Below are positions 27,133-37,555 of a DNA stretch of 64,000 nucleotides, in pieces (within the stretch, counting starts at the first letter, position 1; every line of letters starts with the position of its first letter). Source of the DNA: Candidatus Latescibacterota bacterium (GTDB taxonomy: Bacteria > Latescibacterota > UBA2968 > GCA-2709665); the NCBI GenBank assembly GCA_965226795.1, contig CBDDDZ010000004.1, positions 384,001 through 448,000 of the forward strand, written 5' to 3'. The position numbers and the translations under genes are program-made. The notes below the pieces were generated by a model. The model was not told where the DNA came from. It saw only the letters and a program-made list of their open reading frames with translations, and did no database searches.

Positions 27133-29595
27133 ATGACAAACGAACTCTACCACAATAGCCCGAACCGGCTGGTCTGCGTTTTTTTCTGGTTATGTTTTCT
27201 GGTTGCCTCACTGGTGCCGGAGGTCCCCGCGGGCGAGCAGGCAGGTTCCGCCGTCAACCCGGCCGAGAGAGATTCGCTGGCATTGACGGCCGAACAGCAG
27301 ATGCGATCGGGAGCTTTTCAGGAAGCGGCCGAAATCCTTCGGCAGCTTGTCGAGGCATTTCCGGACGACGCCGACCTCCTGAACCGGCAGGGGAACGCCC
27401 TATTGAAAACGGGAGATTTCAAATCCGCCATAAAGGCTTTCGAATCGGCCATTAAACTCGATCCCGACCGTCCGGACACCTACGTGGGGCTCGGGCTGGC
27501 CAGATTAAGGAACTCGGGAAGGGGAATGGAGGCGTTTTTCAACGTTCGCCAGGCCGTCGGCCAAGCCAAATCCGCCATCGAGATCAACGCCGCTTACGGG
27601 CCGGCCTACCGGCTCCTGGGGGAGGCCTACGGACGATTTGAAGAAGACCACGAAAAGGCCATGGGCTACTATATGACGTACATCGAGTTGGAACCCGATA
27701 ACCCCGATGGACGCTACGAATTCGGGCTTTCGTGTATTCAGCTCGGGCAGTACGAAAAAATCGACACCTATATCACCCCCTTTGTCGAGAAGCACCCGTC
27801 GGAGACCCAACTGCTTCCACTGGCCGCGCAGGCGCATTTCTACCTGGAACGTTTTGGACGGGCACTGGAACTCTTCGAGCGATATCTGCAGACGCTGGAC
27901 CACGCGGAACGCGGTCTATATTCCGACATCTCCCTGATTGCCTCGCAAGAGGAACTCCAGGAATACCGGGCCGCCACCGGCGAGGAACAGGCGGCCTACC
28001 TGAAGAGGTTCTGGTTGAAAAGAGATTCCGATATCCTGACCGCGATTAACGAGAGGATAATCGAGCACTACCGCCGCGTCTGGTACGCCCGGACTTTCTT
28101 CGCCATCGGCGCCCACCCGTGGGACAGGCGAGGGGACGTTTATATACGTTACGGGGAGCCCGATTACCGATCCCGGTCCACGCACAGGCAATTTGTGCAG
28201 AATCCGAAGGTCCAGGCCGTACGAGACAGGATGGCAGTCGCCCTTTACGGTGACGAGGCCGCCCTCCTGACCTTTACCGGCCCCGTGTTTCCGGTACGAG
28301 CGAATCGCAGTCACCTGGCGGCCACGCTCTTCGACCGGGAGGATACGCCGGGTGCACCCGGCACGACATCGGCTGACGACGACCTCGGAATCGACGCTTC
28401 CGAGGTGTCGGTACTGGCGGAGAACGAAGAAGACCCCTTCGAGATGATTCGGGGAGACAGCCGTTTCGACGAGTTCGGGAATCTGAATACACGGCTCAAT
28501 TTCGGTGGGTACGCCCCGATCACACTGGACAACGAGGGTGGAACCGTGCCCTGGGAAACCTGGACGTACACGCGTATCGGAAACGGCATGGAAATAACGT
28601 TTACGGACGAAACGGGCACCGGAGCGTTCGACTTTGCGCCCATCCCGCCTCCGTCGCTGGACACGAACATTTCCCGGCTCTCCCGGTTCACCGAATACGC
28701 CCCCGGCGTCGTTTTTCGCAACGCGGTTGCCCGCATGCCCGACGTCTACCGTCCCAGGTTTCACCATCCCCCGCTGGACTTTTACTTCGATCTGGCCAGT
28801 TTCCGCGCTCCGGAGGGCAGGACGACACTGGAGGTCTACTATGGGATACCGGCCGCACAGGTGAAAGTCGGGCACAGACGCAATGTGTCGTATATTCAAG
28901 TCAAGTGCGCACTGGCACTGGCCCCCGTGGATTACAGCATTATCCATCGTACGGCATCAAGCCGCGCCTATCGCGTCGCGAGCGATTACAGAGGATCGCA
29001 GAAAGCATTCATGCCGGAGTTGCTCAAACTCCAGGTTCCACCCGGAAAATACGACCTTCAGGTCCAGATCAAGGATCTGATTTCCGGGCACACCGGTATA
29101 TACAGGCAGTCGGTGGAGGTGGAGGAATATCCCGAAGACCGGCTTCGTATCAGCGATATTCAACTTGCTGCCTCAATCGGCGAAACGAAAGTGCAAGATC
29201 GTTTCAAGAAAGGAGACGTGTGGGTCGTACCCATGCCAACCCGGAACTACCGGGGGGCCCAGCAGGTATACGCCTATTACGAGATCTACAATCTAAAGAA
29301 AGATCGATTCGGCCAGACGCGTTTCAAGGTAAAGTACGTTGTGCGTTACGTTTCAAAACCCATCCATGGGGCGCTCGGATCGGTCGCGTCCGGTCTCCGC
29401 TCGCTTTTCAGAAGCAAGAGACCCCAGGTCTCGGTTTCGTACGAACACGAGGGAACCGACCCGAACGAACAGGGATACCTGGAGATCGATCTCGGAAAGG
29501 TCAAACACGGGGTGAATGTCCTCGAGGTAAAAATAGAGGATCTTGTCAGCGGCAAGAGCGAGGACCGGGAAATTCGTTTTCAACACGGAGGTTAG
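27133..29595 (+). CDS. TPR + GWxTD-type domain exported protein
   Basis: Signal-like N-term, multiple TPRs, FWLKRD..NERIIEHYRRVWYA..WDRRGDVYIRYGEPD, C-terminal beta-sandwiches (ISDIQLA, YYEIYNL). Confidence 0.8.
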   Translation: MTNELYHNSPNRLVCVFFWLCFLVASLVPEVPAGEQAGSAVNPAERDSLALTAEQQMRSGAFQEAAEILRQLVEAFPDDADLLNRQGNALLKTGDFKSAIKAFESAIKLDPDRPDTYVGLGLARLRNSGRGMEAFFNVRQAVGQAKSAIEINAAYGPAYRLLGEAYGRFEEDHEKAMGYYMTYIELEPDNPDGRYEFGLSCIQLGQYEKIDTYITPFVEKHPSETQLLPLAAQAHFYLERFGRALELFERYLQTLDHAERGLYSDISLIASQEELQEYRAATGEEQAAYLKRFWLKRDSDILTAINERIIEHYRRVWYARTFFAIGAHPWDRRGDVYIRYGEPDYRSRSTHRQFVQNPKVQAVRDRMAVALYGDEAALLTFTGPVFPVRANRSHLAATLFDREDTPGAPGTTSADDDLGIDASEVSVLAENEEDPFEMIRGDSRFDEFGNLNTRLNFGGYAPITLDNEGGTVPWETWTYTRIGNGMEITFTDETGTGAFDFAPIPPPSLDTNISRLSRFTEYAPGVVFRNAVARMPDVYRPRFHHPPLDFYFDLASFRAPEGRTTLEVYYGIPAAQVKVGHRRNVSYIQVKCALALAPVDYSIIHRTASSRAYRVASDYRGSQKAFMPELLKLQVPPGKYDLQVQIKDLISGHTGIYRQSVEVEEYPEDRLRISDIQLAASIGETKVQDRFKKGDVWVVPMPTRNYRGAQQVYAYYEIYNLKKDRFGQTRFKVKYVVRYVSKPIHGALGSVASGLRSLFRSKRPQVSVSYEHEGTDPNEQGYLEIDLGKVKHGVNVLEVKIEDLVSGKSEDREIRFQHGG

Positions 29596-29695
29596 TGGAC
29601 GACTGGCGTGCGTATCAGATGGCTGAGAAAGTGGCGCCCGATGCGGCGGATCGAGCCTTTCCGTCAATATCTGCTTCGCCTGGACTATCGGACGC

Positions 29696-31298
29696 ATGAA
29701 AAAGAGAATGGAGATGAAGCCCCGCTCCGGATACATGCTGCTTTCGGCGATTTGCTTCCTTGCGCCTCTTTCCGGTCAGGAAACGCGGGCACAGACCGCC
29801 GGGTTCGATCCGGAAACCCTGGCCAGGCGATTCGTGGGCTTCGACGTCTCTCGAAACGCGGGAAAGGCATTTTCCGAGAGCGTGAGTTCCGCCACGCTGG
29901 CGTGGGGTGAGAGTTACTACCTGAACGCCTACGTGAAGATGTACCGGGTAACCCGGTACATGCGGTGGCTGGACAAGGTCGTGGACCACTTCGACCGGAT
30001 CGTCGCCAATATGAGCGACCACGACGGCGACGGTATTCCGGGTTGGCACACGGACCGGTATTCAGTGTCCCGGATGCGGGCCCGGGCGCTGCACAACCGG
30101 GGGACGGCGTCGATCGGACCCGAAGAGGCCACGGTCACGAATATTGAGCAGGCTCATGAAGCGATCGACGCGGAGTACATCTTCGAACGCGTCGGACCCA
30201 ATCGGTACGTGGTGCGGGACCTCACCGGCCCGGAGGTGGTTTACGACGGACCGTATTCTCCGGGCCAGGATATCCCTGGCATCGCGGGATTCAAGTTGCG
30301 CCTGGACAGGGTTCCGGAGATCGGAGACAAGTTCCGGGTGGAGACGTGGTCGGTGCGTCCCCTGGAATACGCCGTGCACGAGGGGATGATCCTGTACCCC
30401 ATCGCGCAGTTTATCGAACTGGCCCTGCGGAACGAGAGCCTTCAGGGGCGCTACGAGGAAAAAGCGCGGTCCTACCTCGATTTGATCGAAGATCGCGTAT
30501 TGAGAAAGCAGGAGCGCTCTTGGGTGCAGATGGCGCCTGGTATGGGGGCCTACCGGTTCACCGAATCATTGGCCGAACGATTTCCCAACCGGATTCTGCC
30601 GCACAACCAGTACCTCGCGCTCGGCCGCGTCTTTCTGGTGCTGAAAGACGTCTCCGAGAATCCTCTGTTCAAGGAACGCGCCACGCAGATGGCCTCGTAT
30701 TTCAAGAGTTCGCTGAAGGAAACCGGGGGTGCGTATACCTGGGCCTACTGGGACTGGGTCGAGGCCGGCAGGTCCGATCAAAGCGGCACGGAGGACACGA
30801 GCCACGGGCATATCGACGTGGAATTCGCCGTCGAGGCCTACCGGCGGGGCGTGGTCTTTACGCGGGCGGACATGCTCAGGTTTGCGCGGACGCTTACGGA
30901 TCGGATGTGGAACGGGTCGCTCGCAAATCCGAAGATCGGCGCCCGCGTGGACGGGCAGGACGGAGACGCAACGATAATCCGGGGTTGGATCGAACTGTGC
31001 CGGTGGGATCCACGAATCTGGGATATTTACTGGGCGCTGTTCAACCGCCTCGACGGACCCGGGCTGGAGATTCCGCACATCCTCCACACCAGGGCAGTGC
31101 TCGACGGCCCCCCCGAGCTCAAGTCGTCGGACTTCAACGGCGACAGACAGGTGGACTTCCAGGACTTTCTTGCATTTGCGCGAAACTTCGGTTTGACGTC
31201 GGATTACGATTCGTTCGACGAAAAGTACGATCTGGACGGTGACGGGCACGTCAACTTCGCGGACTTCATTACTTATCGCCAGCGCATTCGGCGCCTGA
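29696..31298 (+). CDS. Exported helical-barrel-like protein with C-terminal EF-hand/dockerin-like tag; +1 frameshift near the stop
   Basis: WGESYY, LPHNQ, EDTSHG; DFNGDRQVDFQDFLAFARNFG..YDLDGDGHVNFADFIT; deleting A31275 gives FASAFGA-TGA(31296-31298). Confidence 0.7.
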
Positions 31299-31385
31299 AG
31301 CACGTGGAAATATATAACCCAACAGGTATGGTGCGAACGAATACGCGCCAGCCCGAACCCGGCGGAATCCAACACGAGACCAGCA

Positions 31386-32546
31386 ATGGGAGAGAGATCG
31401 GCAATGCCCGTCAATGGGCTTGCGCGGGGTCGTCTGTCGGCTCGGGCCATGGCCGGTACGGCCTGGTTTTGCGTTCGGATAGCGGCCGGCGTCGCAATCG
31501 TTGTGGTGCCGTTCGGTTATGCGATCACCGGCGTACACACGGATGTCCTTATGGGGACAGGTTCCGGGCTCGCGTTCGGCGTCGGCCTGGGGCTCCGCAT
31601 GGGAAAGAGGTCGGGCCTGTCGACCGGCATCCTGGTCGGTTCGGTGGCCGGGCTGATCACGTCGCTTCTTGCCGGCATCATACCCCAGGATGGCACACTG
31701 TTCATCGTTCCGCCGGTGGTTGCGCTCGCTGTTGGTCTGGTCGACGGGATCTCGCCGGCGGCTCAGCGCGGATATCGGCGCGCCGTCCTCGAGTCCCTTA
31801 CGATGTCCGTCCTGCTCGGATTGGGTCTGCTGCCCGGGCTCGGTGTCCACGGACTGATATCTTCACTAATGGTGATGGCGCCGACCGCCCTTATTGCGGG
31901 CTCGTACCGACAGATCGCCGCCAGGCGCCCATTCCGTCCCCCCGTGTTGCTGATTCTCGGATCCCTGGCTATATGGGCCTCGGTAGTCTTCCTGGCAGCG
32001 GGCGAGTTCGAGAAGTCCACCTCTCCCGTCCACATCAACAACGTTCCGATCAGCCACGTTCTGATCGCCACGGTATATGTTATCGTGTGTATGCTTTTCG
32101 TGCCGACTAGCACGTTCCTGGCGGGACGGGCGGCCGCGGTGTGGGTTCAACCCCGGCTCCGCGTCTACGTGCAACTCACCGAGTACCTGAGGGTGATGTG
32201 GGTCCCCATCGGAAGCTTTGCGATTGGCTACCTGACGCTAATTGTCCTGTTCACCGGCTTCTACGGCATGCTGGGACGTTTCAGCCTGGATGCGTTCACG
32301 GGCGACGGGGATGCGTCCGGTTTCGTCGACTGGTTATCGTTCGCGTTCTTTACGGCGCTGGCCAGAGATTACATGGATATTATCCCGGTATCGGTTGCCG
32401 CCAGGGCATTGGTCGGAGGGCACTTGATCCTCTCGATCGGGTGGGGCCTGGTCGTGTTCGCCGCCGTGATGTCGTACATCCAACCGCAGATCGAGCGGAT
32501 TTCCCTACGGGAGAAAACAGCCAGCGACGACCAGGGGTCCCCCTGA
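31386..32546 (+). CDS. Multi-pass membrane protein with C-terminal ion-channel (Ion_trans_2-like) pore domain
   Basis: Gly/Leu-rich TM helices; TM-DWLSFAFFTALARDYMDIIPVSVAAR-TM arrangement. Confidence 0.6.
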   Translation: MGERSAMPVNGLARGRLSARAMAGTAWFCVRIAAGVAIVVVPFGYAITGVHTDVLMGTGSGLAFGVGLGLRMGKRSGLSTGILVGSVAGLITSLLAGIIPQDGTLFIVPPVVALAVGLVDGISPAAQRGYRRAVLESLTMSVLLGLGLLPGLGVHGLISSLMVMAPTALIAGSYRQIAARRPFRPPVLLILGSLAIWASVVFLAAGEFEKSTSPVHINNVPISHVLIATVYVIVCMLFVPTSTFLAGRAAAVWVQPRLRVYVQLTEYLRVMWVPIGSFAIGYLTLIVLFTGFYGMLGRFSLDAFTGDGDASGFVDWLSFAFFTALARDYMDIIPVSVAARALVGGHLILSIGWGLVVFAAVMSYIQPQIERISLREKTASDDQGSP

Positions 32547-32580
32547 CGCGCGCACGAAGGCTCTGGCACGGAGGGCAGCG

Positions 32581-35013
32581 ATGTTGAAACTACAGGTTTT
32601 GCAGGTTGCGGTGAACCACGTACGGTTGGGGGTGAATCTTGCAGGTCATACCGGGGCCCGGATATACAGGTCGCGGCGGGCGTCCGGGCCCTACGAAGAG
32701 GTGGGATTGGCGTTTGATGAGACGTATGACGATACGGTTCACCTGGAACCGGGAAAGACCTATTTCTACCTTGCGGTGGAATGGCGGGCGCCCAGTCTGT
32801 ATCCGGAAACGAGCAGCCTCAGGGAAGGAAGTCCGCTTCGGGTTACCGTGCCCCGGGCGCAGAAGGAACGGCGCTTCGTGCTGACGGGGAATCACGAGGA
32901 ATTCACGATTTCCATGGGGGGGTGCCTGGACGAATCGAATACGGTGACTGTGGGCCCGGAGGTCTACTGTCCCGGTCCCAATTCGAGTATGCCGCCCTAC
33001 GATCAGGTCTTCGAGCCGAACCAGTACGTCGCCATCGAAAACCTGGGAGATACGGACGTGGAGAACCCTTGGGTGGTGGCCAACGGGCAGCGAGACTGGT
33101 GGTCGGCGGAGACAATGGCGAAAGAGATCTCCGGCATCGCCGGCGGCGGCCGGCTGAGCGACCGGGACAAGATGATGGCAATCTGGAAATTCGTGGTCGA
33201 CGAGCTTTACGACAGCCGGATCGGTCTGTCCTGGTTCGACCAGACCAGCGACCCCGTCAGACTCTTCAATGTCTACGGATTCGAGGGCTGCGTGGCCAAC
33301 GCCATCACGAGCCGGCGCATCGCGGAGGCGATGGGCGTGGAGGGCCGGGAAATCTGGCTTGGAGGCACCATCGACGGACACGGCCGCGGGCGCAGTTGCG
33401 GGCACGATATCTTCGAGGCGTTTGCGGACGGGGCATGGCATTTTCTGGATACGGATCTGATGGTATTTTTTCTGAATCGGGACAACAGAACGGTTGCAGG
33501 GTCGGATGACCTGGCCCGGGATATCGACCTGCTGCGCCGCTCCCACCGCAACCTGGGCCTGTGCGGGCGCGACCTGCCAGAGAAAGACTACTACTACACG
33601 CCCTTCCGGGAACGGAAGTTCGTATATCCTCCCAACAAGGGCGGCGCCTGGATGGACGCCGCGGGTAGGATAAAGCAGACGCCGGGGGAATTCCCGCCCG
33701 CACGGACAATGGCGCTGCGGCTGCGCCCTGGCGAGAAACTCGTCCGCTACTGGGACAATGTGGGAAAGAACGTGATCCGGGGGAAACGGCTTTACCCTAC
33801 AGTGAGATATTCCAACGGCAAACTGGCCTACCGGCCCGACCTGCGCAACCCGCTCGCCTTGAGGGGGACCGAGTCGGCCAGGAATGTCGTACAGGAGTCT
33901 TCAGGGAGGCGGGTTGCGCTGCATCCTGAAAAGAAAGGGGAGGTGTCGGAGGTGGTGTGGCGTGTGGCGTCGCCCTACGCGATTGCCGGGGCGCAAGTGG
34001 GTATCAGATGTCGATGTGACACGCAGGAAGACGGGCTGGAAGTGCTGTTTTCCAAAGATGGCGAAGACTGGCGGTCTTTGTGGGTCGCCATCGGGCGGCG
34101 GCTGGACGCCCGTGTGGAACTGGACTGGTATCTCAACCCGGCGCTGAACGATTGGCGCGGGGAGACGGATCTGGGTTGGCGGATGGGCCCAGGTTACGAA
34201 TACTACGTCAAAGTGGCCATGTGGGCGGGATCCCGGCCCGACGCGGTGGGTCTGGACGCGATCCGTTTCGATACGGATATCCAATGCGCCACGCGGTCTC
34301 TGCCTTCGCTATTCTGCGGCGAGAATAAGATCGCGTATCGCGACGACGGCCCAGGACACCGGAAGGTGCAGGTGACGTATGGATGGAGAGAGGAACGATC
34401 GATCCGTCCTCCGGGAGCCCCCGGGCTGGTGTACCCTGAACAAGGCGCCGACGTGAACAGGCTGGATTTCGAATTCCGATGGAAGCGTGCGCGAGGGGGC
34501 AGCGGAAAGGTGGACGATTACCACATCCAGGTCAGCCGGTATGCGGACTTCAGGTGGTGCGTATGCCCCGCGTTCGACCGGTACGTGGGAAGAACCGCCT
34601 ACGCGGGCGGGACGAAGTGGCAGGCGGAGTTTCCCAATCTGCTGAATCCGGACGAAACGTATTACTGGCGTGTCCGGGCGCGGAACGAAAAGGGGGTGTG
34701 GGGGGATTGGAGCGAAGTGCGTTCATTCGTGCCCCACGGCCCGCGTCTTCCGGTGGGCCTGAGGTTGGAGGGCAGGGGCAGAAAACGAACGCTGGTATGG
34801 TCCGCGAACGACGAAGGGAACCGTGCGAGACGTTATCTTGTTCACGGCTGCCGGGAGCCTGGAGGGTTTTCCGCGACAAATGAGAATTTGCTGGGCGCTG
34901 TCGGTGAAACCCGTTGGCCGTTGAACGACGCAGAGAAGGGGATGTCCTATCGGGTCGTGGCGGTGGATGCCGGTGGCGTCCCCAGCACACCGTCGGACTA
35001 TGTAACGGTGTGA
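32581..35013 (+). CDS. Hypothetical protein: FN3-like domains flanking a transglutaminase-like core
   Basis: LFNVYGFEGC...GHDIFEAFADGAWHFLDTD (C/H/D order); YYWRVRARNEKGVWGDWS FN3-like. Confidence 0.6.
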   Translation: MLKLQVLQVAVNHVRLGVNLAGHTGARIYRSRRASGPYEEVGLAFDETYDDTVHLEPGKTYFYLAVEWRAPSLYPETSSLREGSPLRVTVPRAQKERRFVLTGNHEEFTISMGGCLDESNTVTVGPEVYCPGPNSSMPPYDQVFEPNQYVAIENLGDTDVENPWVVANGQRDWWSAETMAKEISGIAGGGRLSDRDKMMAIWKFVVDELYDSRIGLSWFDQTSDPVRLFNVYGFEGCVANAITSRRIAEAMGVEGREIWLGGTIDGHGRGRSCGHDIFEAFADGAWHFLDTDLMVFFLNRDNRTVAGSDDLARDIDLLRRSHRNLGLCGRDLPEKDYYYTPFRERKFVYPPNKGGAWMDAAGRIKQTPGEFPPARTMALRLRPGEKLVRYWDNVGKNVIRGKRLYPTVRYSNGKLAYRPDLRNPLALRGTESARNVVQESSGRRVALHPEKKGEVSEVVWRVASPYAIAGAQVGIRCRCDTQEDGLEVLFSKDGEDWRSLWVAIGRRLDARVELDWYLNPALNDWRGETDLGWRMGPGYEYYVKVAMWAGSRPDAVGLDAIRFDTDIQCATRSLPSLFCGENKIAYRDDGPGHRKVQVTYGWREERSIRPPGAPGLVYPEQGADVNRLDFEFRWKRARGGSGKVDDYHIQVSRYADFRWCVCPAFDRYVGRTAYAGGTKWQAEFPNLLNPDETYYWRVRARNEKGVWGDWSEVRSFVPHGPRLPVGLRLEGRGRKRTLVWSANDEGNRARRYLVHGCREPGGFSATNENLLGAVGETRWPLNDAEKGMSYRVVAVDAGGVPSTPSDYVTV

Positions 35014-35053
35014 GCGCCATTTGAAGTTCTCGTTGAATGCCGTCTCAATAGTC

Positions 35054-35186
35054 TAACAGTCCGTTGAAAAAGTTGCTCTGCAGGCGAGGCGGAGTCGAAT
35101 CGGGGGATTCGGGGACGGAGCGCAACGCAGTAATTCGGCCACAAGAGCCGGCCGCAGACCGGATGGACTTTTTCAACGGGCTTTTT
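35054..35186. mobile_element. MITE-like element, family B
   Basis: Inverted ends taacagtccgttgaaaaagt / actttttcaacgggctt, ~133 bp, non-coding, intergenic. Confidence 0.7.
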
Positions 35187-35200
35187 AATGGAGGTGACAA

Positions 35201-36250
35201 ATGTCCGGAGGTGAATACCGCGCGGTTATCGTAGGGCTGACGGGAATCGGGGCCAAACGGCCTGTGGAAGAAGAAAATCTGCCGGTATATGGCGCGATGC
35301 CGATGTCGCACGCCTCGGCCTATTACCGGTGTCCTCAGACACGGCTGACCGGTGTGTGCGACCTGCGTGAGGAGGCGCTGGACAGTTTCAGGGCGAACTG
35401 GAACGACGTGTGGCCCGATATGCGCTATTACGTCGATTATCGGGAGATGCTGGAGGCCGAGAGTCCCGACCTGGTGAGCGTCGCGACGTCCGACCACCTC
35501 CACGCCGATATCGTTGTGGCCGCTGCTGAGCGCGGTACGCCCGCGATTCTTTGTGAGAAACCGCTGGCTACAACGCTCCAAGACGCCGACCGAATGATTG
35601 CCGCGGCCGAAGCGAACGGGACCATTCTTTCAGTGGATCACTCCCGCAGGTGGTATCCACACTACCTCCGGGCCCGTGAGATCGTCCGAAGCGGCCGGAT
35701 CGGACCGTTGCGCACCATCGGGTGCGAGATGTTCGGTCCTCGCTCGATGTTGTTTCGCAACGGGACCCATGCCCTGGATACAGTCTGCTTTTTTGCCGAC
35801 GGGGACCCTCAGTGGCTTGTGGCGGAATTGGAGGAAGGTTTCGAACACTTTACCGAGTACCAGGGCGGGGGAGGAAAGGATTCCGCAAGCGATCCGTATG
35901 CCTCGGCCTACATACGGTTCGGAAACGGCGTAAGGGCTTTTTTCAACTCCTTTAAGACGGCGTTTTCCGGGTGGCGGTTCGTTCTGACGTGCGAGGATGG
36001 GCGGGTGGAAGCAACCGATACGTCCGCCAGGCTGATCCGGGGCGCCTCGTTCGAAACTTCCGAGATCGTCCCGGAGAATTACATGCTGCAGGCCAAGGGC
36101 GCAATCGTGGCGGAATTGGCGCATCTGTTGGAGCACGGCGGAGACCCGGTGTCTCCCGCGCGGGAGGCGAGGAAGTCGCTGGAGGTCATTCTGGGCATTC
36201 TGAAATCACATCACGCGGGAAACGCCCGGGTCGACTTTCCACTATCCTGA
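35201..36250 (+). CDS. Gfo/Idh/MocA family oxidoreductase
   Basis: VGLTGIG, CEKPLA, DHSRRW, RNGTHALD; ggagg RBS. Confidence 0.9.
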   Translation: MSGGEYRAVIVGLTGIGAKRPVEEENLPVYGAMPMSHASAYYRCPQTRLTGVCDLREEALDSFRANWNDVWPDMRYYVDYREMLEAESPDLVSVATSDHLHADIVVAAAERGTPAILCEKPLATTLQDADRMIAAAEANGTILSVDHSRRWYPHYLRAREIVRSGRIGPLRTIGCEMFGPRSMLFRNGTHALDTVCFFADGDPQWLVAELEEGFEHFTEYQGGGGKDSASDPYASAYIRFGNGVRAFFNSFKTAFSGWRFVLTCEDGRVEATDTSARLIRGASFETSEIVPENYMLQAKGAIVAELAHLLEHGGDPVSPAREARKSLEVILGILKSHHAGNARVDFPLS

Positions 36251-36262
36251 GGAGAACGCTGA

Positions 36263-37555
36263 ATGAATATTGTCGATCCCGTCGCGGTCTGGGACGTGCG
36301 CCCGTGGGGGTGTCCGGCTTTCACCGTGCGGGACTTCAACGGCGATGGGAAGAACGAAGTTCTGTTCGTACAAAGCGCGGGTGCGCATGCCAACGAGGCG
36401 TTCGATCCCCGGTTTCCCGACATACAGGGGTACAAAACCGGCGTGGAAGACCAGGAGCTTTTTTGTCTGACCCTTACGGATGGGGCGGGTCGGATTCTCT
36501 GGCAGGTTGGAGAACCCTGGGCGCTCGAGCGGCCCTTTTCCTGGAACGGAAGCAATTTTTGCGAGGTTGTGGACCTGGACGGCGACGGACAGATCGAAAT
36601 TATGATCATCTACAAAGCCGAGTTGATGGTGTACAAAGGAGGCACGGGCGAGTTGTGCAGCCGGCATGAGTTGCCCCATTCGGGGTTCTATTTCTCCCGC
36701 GCGGTTCGAACCGATCACTCCGGAAAGTATCACATCTTTACAAAAAGCGTAACGTCTTCCGCCACGCATGGCTACGGAAATCCCAGCCTGCTTCTGGACC
36801 ACAACTTCAATGTAGTCTGGAAAAAGGAAGTGGACGGCGCCGGGCATGGGGGCAACAACGCCGACGTGGATGGAGACGGGCTGGACGAACTCCTGATCGG
36901 CTTCAGCCTGTTCGACCACGACGGCAGCCCCCTGTGGTCCCATCCGCCGATGTCGGAAAACGACCACCTGGACGATTCGGTGATAGCGGATATCGACGGC
37001 GACGGACGGTTCGAATTTGCCCTTGCCCACGACGGTCACGACGCGGTTGTTCACAACACCGATGGAACGGTGCGGTTCACCGTTCCGATGCATCACTGCC
37101 AGAACATCCTGCCCGGAAGATTCTTCGACGCTGAAACCGGGCTTCAGTTGGCCTTTGTCGACAAGGCGATGGGGCGTGCGGAAGAACGGGAAGCCGCGAT
37201 CGTAAACGCCCATGGCCGGGAGTTGTCTCGCCACCGCACAATGGGCTATTACGCTGTTGTCGACTGGCCCACCGACGTGGGCCAGGACAGCCTGATCCGC
37301 CGGGAATGGCCGGCCGAGACCAACGCCGACCACCGCGTACTCTGGGTGGACCCCTCGGGCAGGGAACTGGCGCGGCTGAACGTGCGGAAGAATTTTTACG
37401 ACAGGTTTCAGAAGTTCGGTCTCGAGTCTTTTCCCGCCGGAGGCCGTTATTTCGGCACGAGCCATACCGCGGCTATCGGCGATCTGGACGGGGACGGCAG
37501 CGAGGAAGTGCTGGTTTCGGATCGCGAGAAGGTATGGATCTTCAAGAAGCCCTGA
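36263..37555 (+). CDS. FG-GAP/Ca-binding repeat beta-propeller (rhamnogalacturonan lyase PL11-like)
   Basis: DFNGDGKNE, DLDGDGQIE, GHG..DVDGDGLDE, DHLD..DIDGDG, DLDGDGSEE; no signal peptide. Confidence 0.65.
   Translation: MNIVDPVAVWDVRPWGCPAFTVRDFNGDGKNEVLFVQSAGAHANEAFDPRFPDIQGYKTGVEDQELFCLTLTDGAGRILWQVGEPWALERPFSWNGSNFCEVVDLDGDGQIEIMIIYKAELMVYKGGTGELCSRHELPHSGFYFSRAVRTDHSGKYHIFTKSVTSSATHGYGNPSLLLDHNFNVVWKKEVDGAGHGGNNADVDGDGLDELLIGFSLFDHDGSPLWSHPPMSENDHLDDSVIADIDGDGRFEFALAHDGHDAVVHNTDGTVRFTVPMHHCQNILPGRFFDAETGLQLAFVDKAMGRAEEREAAIVNAHGRELSRHRTMGYYAVVDWPTDVGQDSLIRREWPAETNADHRVLWVDPSGRELARLNVRKNFYDRFQKFGLESFPAGGRYFGTSHTAAIGDLDGDGSEEVLVSDREKVWIFKKP

Noticed and set aside
31299..32110. C-terminal third of the 804-aa ORF 29696-32110
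   Set aside because: Read-through caused by a +1 base at 31275; overlaps the real membrane-protein gene out of frame
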